Part shown: piece after piece, positions 44,637-53,000 of the stretch
How the letters are laid out: each line of letters begins with the position of its first letter
How positions within the stretch are numbered: position 1 is the stretch's first letter
Virus record (IMG/VR): IMGVR_UViG_3300035660_000002
Span: 32,001-96,000 of that record
DNA: 64,000 nucleotides
Reading direction: 5' to 3' (one strand)
DNA from: a virus
The notes under the pieces: model-generated
Told to the model about the DNA's origin: nothing
Database searches by the model: none
The model's input: only the letters and a program-made list of their open reading frames with translations
Made by a program: the position numbers and the translations under genes

Positions 44637-45037
44637 TATCCTGCCTTCCTTTCCTGCACCTTGTAGCTTCTCTTCTCTACGATCGTGCCAGGTGCGAACT
44701 TGCTCGCTGCCTCGAGCAGATACTTGACATCCTCTAATATATGATCCTCTGCGGCTTTTCTGCTCATCATCTTGTACCATCCTGCTTCCGTAAACGACTG
44801 CCGGACTACCTCTATATAGTCCTCTATCTTGATTTCCCTGTCCTCGACCTTCATGGTCGTGGTGCCTCTCTGTGTCTTGCACCCTGTCAGTGACCTCAGG
44901 CAACCGCACGGGCCGTCTATGTCACCACGATCACGATCGCATTCAAACGGAACCCTTACGATCTCGCCTTCCTCTGTCCAGAAGAAGTCACTTTCGCGCT
45001 GCTTCTGTGTTTCCTTTGTTGCTACCAGTATTTTCAT
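44636..45037 (-). CDS. Conserved Cys-containing hypothetical protein
   Basis: MKILVATKETQ..R.SDF...CD...CGC.RS..G...TTT. Confidence 0.65.
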   Translation of the reverse strand: MKILVATKETQKQRESDFFWTEEGEIVRVPFECDRDRGDIDGPCGCLRSLTGCKTQRGTTTMKVEDREIKIEDYIEVVRQSFTEAGWYKMMSRKAAEDHILEDVKYLLEAASKFAPGTIVEKRSYKVQERKAG

Positions 45038-45064
45038 ACGTCCTCCTTACCTTATTATACGATG

Positions 45065-45163
45065 CTACCTGTCCTGCAGTTCCTGTGCTTCCTTCTTGCT
45101 GTCCATTCCCGGATCGGTTTCATACGACCCCGGGAACAACCATCCTAAATTCTCCTCTCCCAT
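45065..45163 (-). CDS. 32-aa first early peptide (putative)
   Basis: GGGGGTG RBS downstream of the promoter. Confidence 0.35.
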   Translation of the reverse strand: MGEENLGWLFPGSYETDPGMDSKKEAQELQDR

Positions 45164-45211
45164 TCTTGTCACCCCCTTTCCGTTTGTTATCTTGCTTGTC
45201 ATCTTGATACA

Positions 45212-45240
45212 AGTATGCCCGACAACTTTTTGAATGGCAA
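45212..45240 (-). promoter_or_regulatory. sigma70-type early promoter
   Basis: TTGCCA-N17-CATACT at the head of the early region. Confidence 0.6.
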
Positions 45241-45373
45241 GGACAATCGCAACTTTCTTCATTCTTGCAAGTGCTTGATAAGACTGCTACTTAGGGCTTT
45301 ATTTCGATTTCAGGAATTTCACGGCAGGCGCTGTATGCTAAATGCAGCTCATTTGCGGTGTGTTTTTACGCAT

Positions 45374-45407
45374 AAAAAATGGGCGCAGTCTTGTCGACTA
45401 CGCCCAT
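45374..45407 (-). terminator. Intrinsic terminator ending the late/lysis operon
   Basis: ATGGGCG-tAGTC-gacaa-GACTg-CGCCCAT followed by a T tract. Confidence 0.85.
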
Positions 45408-45416
45408 GTTATTTTC

Positions 45417-45485
45417 GGGCAGGCGCAAGTGCGGTCGTTCTGCAGAACTCCGCGCTTGTGCTTTTTTGGGAGGTGCCGCCTGCCC
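45417..45485 (-). other. Long nested hairpin upstream of the terminator
   Basis: GGGCAGGCG/CGCCTGCCC, CAAGcGCGG/CCGCaCTTG, GTTCTGCAGAAC. Confidence 0.5.
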
Positions 45486-45895
45486 TATTTCTTTGTCTCT
45501 ATGGTTGCTGTCACCTTACTTGGGAACCAGGACTTTGCCTTGAAGAATATTCCAAGCCCTGCGGCGATGATTCCCAGCACTGATCCTACAACAGCCACCG
45601 CCGTCTTTTTATCGGCATTGGCTTTCACCTTATCAAGCAGAGCGTTGTTCAACTTCTCCTCCTGCCTCACCAGTACAGTAGGAGATGTGAGCTTCATATC
45701 GTAGGGGAATGTCATCGTCATCTCTTCTTTGTCGAGCATGACTTTTATCTCTTGCCCGGCCGGTACTGTGAATATGCGCTCCTCCGGTAAAAGCACGACC
45801 TTTGTCGGCCGCACTACCCATGACGCGCAGCCGCACAGCATAAAGCATAATGCTAATGTAAAGTATAGTTTACATATTTTGCTAGAGGTCTGCAT
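45485..45895 (-). CDS. Lipoprotein with C-terminal TM: unimolecular-spanin architecture
   Basis: Lipobox LCG-C after a hydrophobic N-region; C-terminal TM AVAVVGSVLGIIAAGLGIFF; last gene of the late operon. Confidence 0.55.
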   Translation of the reverse strand: MQTSSKICKLYFTLALCFMLCGCASWVVRPTKVVLLPEERIFTVPAGQEIKVMLDKEEMTMTFPYDMKLTSPTVLVRQEEKLNNALLDKVKANADKKTAVAVVGSVLGIIAAGLGIFFKAKSWFPSKVTATIETKK

Positions 45896-46100
45896 CGGTA
45901 AAATTCACCTTCTTTCTCAGTTCGTCCATTTTCTTTCGTATCTCTGCAGCCTTTGTATCCTCCCCTTTTGTAAGAGCATCCTGGTAGGCCACATTCAAAG
46001 CCCTCAATTTATCCACCAGCGCTGCCTTCTTAGAGGGCCACAGTGTATCTATGATACGAGCGATCACTCCTATCGCTGTGCTTATGCCGGGTATTGCCAT
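45882..46100 (-). CDS. Small hypothetical protein
   Basis: GGAGG RBS. Confidence 0.55.
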   Translation of the reverse strand: MAIPGISTAIGVIARIIDTLWPSKKAALVDKLRALNVAYQDALTKGEDTKAAEIRKKMDELRKKVNFTDADL

Positions 46101-46112
46101 AATTACCTCCCG

Positions 46113-46289
46113 CTATGTTGTGCTCTTCGTCCCTGTAAATCCCGTTAGAATTCCGCACAGCGCCGTCATGCCTGCCGAGAATGATGCGAACACAAGCGAG
46201 TATGCTGGCCACAGGCTGCCACAATAAGACAGTCCCCAGACTGCCGCACCGCTAATGCATACCACCATTATCTTCTGCCCAGTCTTCAC
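46113..46289 (-). CDS. Two-TM holin-like peptide (58 aa)
   Basis: AAGGAGGTG RBS, GTG start, two hydrophobic segments. Confidence 0.5.
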   Translation of the reverse strand: MKTGQKIMVVCISGAAVWGLSYCGSLWPAYSLVFASFSAGMTALCGILTGFTGTKSTT

Positions 46290-46319
46290 ACTGCACCTCC
46301 TTTTAGTTAAATGCCTTTT

Positions 46320-46616
46320 TTACTTTGTGGGTGTTACGTTATCTGCTGATCGCTGTTTGACTAAGTAATAGAAGTTGAATACCAAGCTTATGATCAGCAT
46401 CGAATCTTTAGGATCAAGCGTCGTTAACGCCAGTTTGACGAACAGCACAACTATCATTGCCGTTCCTATGGATCTGACGCTTCCGACCCATTCCGCTTTT
46501 GACTTGTATCCTATATGAAACATGTATACAAGAATGAACCAGAGGATATTTTGATTTATGAACCCGAAAAAGCTACTCCAAAAATCTGCAGGTACTTGTG
46601 TCGGATTTATGATCAT
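46320..46616 (-). CDS. Membrane protein (holin candidate)
   Basis: Three hydrophobic segments, 98 aa. Confidence 0.5.
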   Translation of the reverse strand: MIINPTQVPADFWSSFFGFINQNILWFILVYMFHIGYKSKAEWVGSVRSIGTAMIVVLFVKLALTTLDPKDSMLIISLVFNFYYLVKQRSADNVTPTK

Positions 46617-46625
46617 ACGTCCTCC

Positions 46626-46964
46626 TTATTTTCCACGGATAGTCAGGTACCACTTATAATTATGCAGCACCAGCCCATATGCCAATTCAGAAGAACGAAG
46701 CAGCACTTCTGTATGAGGCTTGCTTGTGCCTATGACGTCCCATATTATTTTTGCACACAGCTCATGGCCCTCTTCTCCTGTATAGGACATCATCGCCACG
46801 GCCTCGCGCCATCCGTTCAGAAAGTAATCCGGCGCATGGTATATGTTGCCTGCCCGGGCCATGGCCCACGAGTGCTGGTTGCAATAATAGGACACCAGCC
46901 CATTCCAAAATGGCGGGTGTTGTATGCCATGATGTCGCCTAAAATCCTCGATTACGCGTATCAT
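46626..46964 (-). CDS. CAP/SCP-like domain protein
   Basis: FRRHHG...CNQHSWAMA...H...EAVA...SKPH...LL..S...YG. Confidence 0.55.
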   Translation of the reverse strand: MIRVIEDFRRHHGIQHPPFWNGLVSYYCNQHSWAMARAGNIYHAPDYFLNGWREAVAMMSYTGEEGHELCAKIIWDVIGTSKPHTEVLLRSSELAYGLVLHNYKWYLTIRGK

Positions 46965-47449
46965 CTAACGAATCCCCAGAACGGAACATAGATACACAAA
47001 ACTTGACATATGATAAATTGCTCAAGAGGAGCGTTGCTGAATGGGTTTAGCACTCCAAGTGCCACGCTCGTAAGCCCTGTTATGACCGCCAGCGTCATCA
47101 CAACCCATCCGGAGACGCTGAATCCTACAGCCCATAATCCTAGAGCACAGCATGACAGTACTCCCAACGCAAAAACTGTTCTTTTAACTACCTTCTCCAT
47201 TACGCTGCTGCCGCCATACGGCAGGCTGAATCCTACAATGAGCGCTGGCCAGAAACACAGGTACTGCACACACCAGCTATTCAGGTAAAAAGCAATCATA
47301 TTAGCCGCAACAGCCAATATGAATGATGCAATAAACCTTCTCCAGAACTTGCCGAATCCTGCTGTGCCTCCCCACATATAAAGTACGGCCGCAATAAAGC
47401 TCGCTCCACCTCCTATAGCTACTATTCCCCAGTTCTCAGTTCCCCACAT
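46961..47449 (-). CDS. Multi-pass membrane protein
   Basis: Four to five TM segments. Confidence 0.6.
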   Translation of the reverse strand: MWGTENWGIVAIGGGASFIAAVLYMWGGTAGFGKFWRRFIASFILAVAANMIAFYLNSWCVQYLCFWPALIVGFSLPYGGSSVMEKVVKRTVFALGVLSCCALGLWAVGFSVSGWVVMTLAVITGLTSVALGVLNPFSNAPLEQFIICQVLCIYVPFWGFVR

Positions 47450-47458
47450 AAATCCTCC

Positions 47459-47869
47459 CTATCTGGACGGTGCCATACGTGTCACAGAGGCCGTCCCGGC
47501 TTTAATTGTGTTGATTCTGCTCTTACTTGCTGTGATCTGCACGTTCAATGCCGCTATCTGATTATCTGCAAAAGCTTTCTTGTCCTTAAGAATTCCGGCC
47601 TTACGATCCTGCAGAGCTTTGATCTGCTGCTCAAGCCACGCAGTCTGTTTGTCTATGGCATCTATTTGCGTGTTGGCAAAAGCGTCTTTATCTTTCTGTA
47701 TCACAGTGACGCGACTCTCCTGGGCACTACTCGTGCTTTCGAGGTAGTGAAGCTTGTCCGCATCCGTCTTTCCAGGGATCAGCCAGTTTCTCAAACTTGC
47801 CTCATCTGCATATGCCAACGATGCAACCAGAACAGCAATGCATACGCCAAAAAATATTATTTTTTTCAT
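47459..47869 (-). CDS. Secreted coiled-coil protein
   Basis: Signal peptide MKKIIFFGVCIAVLVASLAYA; internal repeat KD(K)AFA(D/N)xQI. Confidence 0.6.
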   Translation of the reverse strand: MKKIIFFGVCIAVLVASLAYADEASLRNWLIPGKTDADKLHYLESTSSAQESRVTVIQKDKDAFANTQIDAIDKQTAWLEQQIKALQDRKAGILKDKKAFADNQIAALNVQITASKSRINTIKAGTASVTRMAPSR

Positions 47870-47885
47870 ACTGTTTCTCCTTTTG

Positions 47886-50060
47886 TTAGTCGTTTGCAAG
47901 GAACAGTGAAGCCCCAGGTCCAGAACTCAGAAACTGCCACCCACTATTATTTGATACGTTCGTACAGTTATCCTTCGCATCCCATACTGCTCCTCCCGTC
48001 GCGTTGCTGTCTCTAATATTACAATAATGGACTGTAACAGTTCCGCTTGTCTTAGAAAGTGTTGCCTGTGAGCCCGCTGTAGTTGAATTCATTGTTATTT
48101 TGTTAACTGCAGTCCCCGTAGCGGTGAATGCGGTGGTGATCGTCTGGGTTGCCCCCGAGGTAAAGTTAACTGTCTTAGGTGCATTGATAGTAAATGCCGC
48201 AAACGTATTAGCGCCTGTTGCCGCAGATGTAGATGTAAAAGAAACCGCCCCCGTTCCACCACCAGTGATATTCAATGTGCCATAAGCCTTAGCACCACCC
48301 CTGAATGTCTTCGCAGTAGTGGTCGCATTAGTAATGTTAATTGTTGAACTCGCTCCAGAGAATGTCGGAGTATTTCCAACGTAGTCCAAGTCCCAAACTA
48401 TGCCGGTCCCGTTCAATGTCCATGTCCCCGCACCTAACGTAATCGAGCATGTTGATGCTGTATTGTACCGAAAGTATGCAGTAGTGACATTCTTACCGTT
48501 AGCGTTAAGATTCCCCGCTGCAATACTTATCCCGGTGCTAGTCAAGTTATCCCCAAGAGTCAATATTCCCACCGGATTCGTGATGATGATCGTTCCGACA
48601 GCCTTGCCGTTCGTAGTAAACGTGGCGTTGGCCATGGGGCAAAAATACAGACTAAACCCCGCCGGGGTGAATGTCATAGATCCGGATAATGTCAAACTCC
48701 CGTAGATAAATGGTGTTGTGGTGAATGTCCATGTGGGTGTATTAGTTACAGCCGCCCAGCTTATGACCTTTCCTATATTCCTATAGTCTATCGTCACGAC
48801 CTGCCCTACTGCTGTAAAAGAGTTTCCGTCAAATGTCACAGTATCCTGTGGTAATGGCATGCGTCCCGAAGCAGGCACCCCACCAGATCCGATCGCCCAA
48901 TGATTCACGTCCGACCAACTGCCTGTTCCCTGATTGCCTCCGATTCCTGAGGGCACCCAGTATTGTATGGCTGTTGGTGTAAAGGTGAACCCGGTATTGT
49001 TACCCATATCACCACTACCACCTGGTATCGCAGACAAATCTCTCGAGGCCGTGCCTGCTCCTGCGATACTTCGGAAATCTGCATAAGACACAACCCATGT
49101 TCCATTACACGTGATTGTTGTCTTTGAAGCCTCATTGGCAAATGAACACCAGACTTTAGCTCTTTGCGTTGTAGAAATGCCCGCAATGGTAAAATTGTTA
49201 GATACCGCCATCGCCGATGTCTGAAAGCCTAGTAGATCGTTGGCACTCGTTATATTAAATGTCAGGTTCGTAATTGTAATTCCCGTACCGCCGCCTAATG
49301 TAATTGCACCACTATTCCCAGCGAGAGTCAGGTTTCCATATGTGAGTACTGTGCTACCTAAATACATTACTGTTGCAGTCGAACTTCCAGATGCTAATAT
49401 CGTTGATGATGCCGCATTCAGCGTGAGTCCGGTCGTATTCGTACAATCCCAGACTGTCACTGCAGTTCCTCTGAGCGTGATCGTCGATGTCCCAAGATTA
49501 AAAATCCGCGTATTACCGTAATTAGAATTAAAGGTTAAAACTGAAACGTTATGATTGTTCGTAGTGAATATTCCCTGAGATATCAACAGCCTGCCAATGA
49601 CATATAAATCATCCTGTAGAGCGACAGTTGCTCCTGCAGATGAAGTAATTTGCACCTGCTGTATCTGCTTTCCTCCGGTTGTCAGATTAACGGTAGCCGT
49701 TCCTGCAGGACCAAGATATAGCAAACCCGTCCAATTATTAGTGCCAGCGAATTTAACCGCAACCGTGGTGCCGGTTGGCGGCTGCACTAATATCCGACCA
49801 GTGCCCGATAACGTTCCTGTATACCCGGTTAAGTCGAATGACTTTAATGACGCTGTCGATGCAGGGTCTACAACGACGCTCCCCGATGTCGCTGTAGCCA
49901 CCACATCGTCTCCTGCTATAGGGACCACACCACCAGCCCATGTTGTAGTAGCACTCCAGTTACCCCCAGCATCAGAGATTGTGCGTGTTAAAGCATAGCC
50001 ATTGGAGGTCATTAACAGAATAGCAAATCCGATAAGCAGTATCCTTAGTTTAGTACGCAA
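47886..50060 (-). CDS. Signal-peptide-bearing beta-helix/adhesin-like protein
   Basis: TTG start with GAGGG RBS, MRTKLRILLIGFAILLMTSNGYA; T/G/N-rich beta repeats. Confidence 0.75.
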   Translation of the reverse strand: MRTKLRILLIGFAILLMTSNGYALTRTISDAGGNWSATTTWAGGVVPIAGDDVVATATSGSVVVDPASTASLKSFDLTGYTGTLSGTGRILVQPPTGTTVAVKFAGTNNWTGLLYLGPAGTATVNLTTGGKQIQQVQITSSAGATVALQDDLYVIGRLLISQGIFTTNNHNVSVLTFNSNYGNTRIFNLGTSTITLRGTAVTVWDCTNTTGLTLNAASSTILASGSSTATVMYLGSTVLTYGNLTLAGNSGAITLGGGTGITITNLTFNITSANDLLGFQTSAMAVSNNFTIAGISTTQRAKVWCSFANEASKTTITCNGTWVVSYADFRSIAGAGTASRDLSAIPGGSGDMGNNTGFTFTPTAIQYWVPSGIGGNQGTGSWSDVNHWAIGSGGVPASGRMPLPQDTVTFDGNSFTAVGQVVTIDYRNIGKVISWAAVTNTPTWTFTTTPFIYGSLTLSGSMTFTPAGFSLYFCPMANATFTTNGKAVGTIIITNPVGILTLGDNLTSTGISIAAGNLNANGKNVTTAYFRYNTASTCSITLGAGTWTLNGTGIVWDLDYVGNTPTFSGASSTINITNATTTAKTFRGGAKAYGTLNITGGGTGAVSFTSTSAATGANTFAAFTINAPKTVNFTSGATQTITTAFTATGTAVNKITMNSTTAGSQATLSKTSGTVTVHYCNIRDSNATGGAVWDAKDNCTNVSNNSGWQFLSSGPGASLFLAND

Positions 50061-53000
50061 GTGAGAACCCTCCATAGTACTTCGAGTTGGTACCGTCATA
50101 TACAAACATGATGATATCAACTTTACCATTCGTGAGTGTTAAAGTCGGAGCTGTTCCACCAGACCATAAGACAGTTGCAGGCCATGTGACCGTTCCAGCA
50201 GCACCAGCGGCAGGTTGCTTCAAGATCAACATATACCTACCACCATCCTTAGGATTATTGAATGTAGGGGCAGAGTGTGCACCATTACCAAGTTGAACAT
50301 AATGCACGTTACCTTCATTCCAATCAGTTGTCCATGTACTTACAGCTACAGTATCTGTCTTCTTAGGTGAAACATACTGACCTTGTACATCCAAGTTCCT
50401 TGTAAGATTCACGTCACCTGTAGATAGATCTCCTTTAACTGCTCCGCCAATGTTCAACTCGTTACTAGCAGTTGCCGAAGACGCTACTATCCCATATCCA
50501 ATCAGAATGTTATTGGAACCTGTAGTAGTAGATATCCCTGCCTGTGTCCCAACCATGATATTCTGATCGCCAGTTGTAAGTACATAACCAGCTTGATAAC
50601 CAATTGCTACGTTATCATCACCTACCGTATTCGAATACAGAGATACCTCACCGATAGCAATGTTCCTATTAGCTACTTTACTTGCTCTTAATGCGTATCT
50701 GCCAATTGCTACGTTGTCGGAACTCGAGACTGCAGATTCCATCGCTGAGTAACCGACTGCAACGTTATACTGTCCGACTGTCAAATTAGTCAACGTTGCA
50801 TTGCCTATGGCGATGTTCTGTGGTCCAGTCTGCAGACTGAACAGAGCTGTGTTGCCTAAGGCGAGATTGTTGCTCGCTAAGGAGTTACACGCTCCAGCAT
50901 TCGTCCCTATAAGCAGGTTGTTTCTACCTGCATTATTCGCTCGGAACTCGTTAACTGTTATACTCGTAGGATCTTTCAGTAGCATGAGAGCCGCTGATAA
51001 TGTAATCTCCCTGCATGTTACATTATCTATTGAACCTACCCACGCCGCAGACGCAGAAAATTGAAGATCTACCGTGCTTATTGTTGGCCCCACAACTACT
51101 ATTTGCCCGGTTATTGTTCCGTTTTCTTCTCCAAGAGTTACTGAGTCTGCCCCTCCCAATCTGGCTGTAAGCGTTCCGGGAGTGGTCGTAGTCACATCAA
51201 AAGAAATACGGTAATATGTAGACGTGGATATTGCCAGCGTTTGTGACAAACTGCTCGAGGATCCAGCTGCGTGGTTTGCTCCGGCACCCCCAGGAATTGA
51301 CCAGCCTGTTCCTTTTGTCCATCCACTGTCCGTGTCAAAAGTTCCGTTTGTGACTAAGTCAGATCCATATGCCGCCTCGTTGCCAGATGTGGGCTGTATT
51401 GTAAGTTGGTTCGAGATCTGCTGATTGACTACATAACTGTTACTCCATCTAAAGGAGCCAGATCCCAAAGAATATGTATTGTCTGTTTTGGGAAATGCGT
51501 CACCAGCAAAGTATGAGATTCCTGTTACGCTAATCCCACTGTGTGTGATTCTGAACCTTTCCGATGTGATATCATGATAGAGTGTGGAGAATACCATATT
51601 CGAATAATTATTCAATTGCGTATTGTCAACCATGATCGTATCGATGACTCCCATATCCACATCGAGATGCCCTAAAAATCCTTGTGCTCTTGCGCCTATT
51701 ATACGAATCCTGACACCACCGTCTGGAGCTGTTGCGCCGAGAAATGGAGTATTTACTAAAGTAAGCTCTTCATCCAAATCACTATTCCCTGAGCTAACTG
51801 CGAGATTGTTTTGAAATTCAGAAGAATCGGCTGAAAAACTCATAATTCTAGTACTTGGAACATATGAAATTGATCCCATGTTTGTTCCGTCATCTGTAAA
51901 TGCAAGCGTCGGTGGGAGTAAAGGATCTACATCTACTATAACAAAGTAATCCTTAAACACTCCTACATTGCCCCAAGTCGGGCTTGTGCTATACGGTGCT
52001 ATCATCGGATATGTTTCACCGACAATAGTAGCTGTTTCCACCTTCCAATAATTATCGTCTGTTCCGAACCTAGAGTTGAGACCTGCATGGATCGATGGTG
52101 CCACATCTACTTCATTATTTACTACGTCATATGTAAACACGCCATCCGTTCCGGAAGTTCCTAGATGCAGAGACGCCCCCGACAGATAGAGATTGTTCCA
52201 TCTTAACAGATCCGTACCAAGATCGTAGGTTGCGGTCGTAGTCGGATTGATACTGGCAGTTGCATCGATGATAGCGGAACTCGGAGCGAGAGTCAGGTTA
52301 CATGAACCAACTGTCGTAATCTGAGGGACGTCAGCGACTGTTTTAAGACTGATATAATCACTCGTGTCGCCACTAGCATAGAATCGCACGTCTCCTGCGG
52401 TACCCGCACCTGCTCCTAATCCTGCAGTAAGAATTACATTACCGCCATTCCCTGCCACAGTACCATTAGCTGCGGTTAAGAAGACATTCCCACCATTCCC
52501 TGATGTAGGTGATTGAGACTTCAGCCCGACCGCTTGCGAAGACACGTTGTTGTAGCTACCAAGGATTGTGAAATCTCCGATTGCTAATCCCGCACCCACG
52601 TATACACCAGTGATTGTCGTTTTAAGCCCTGCAACCGTACTCGTCCCAAGAAGACCAAACTGTGCAGTATCGGCACCAGATCCGTATATCGCTAACCCAG
52701 CGTAAACACCAGATGTATTACTCCCTGAATAGGTCGCTAACACATCTGAGTCACTATAATTCATATATGCATATCTATTCGAGACATTCCAAAGCTGCAA
52801 TTCTGGACTACCTGTTGCATCTTTGTCGAGAACTATATTACCGAAGAACCTATTCGTACCACCTTCAGAATAGATTGAATAATTAGACGCTGCACCTGAG
52901 ACACCCTTGATGTAGAGTCCATACTTATTCGTGACTACCATATTCGCTGATGCCAAATCCACATAATAACCGTAAAGGCTTCCTACTGTGGTAATCACTG

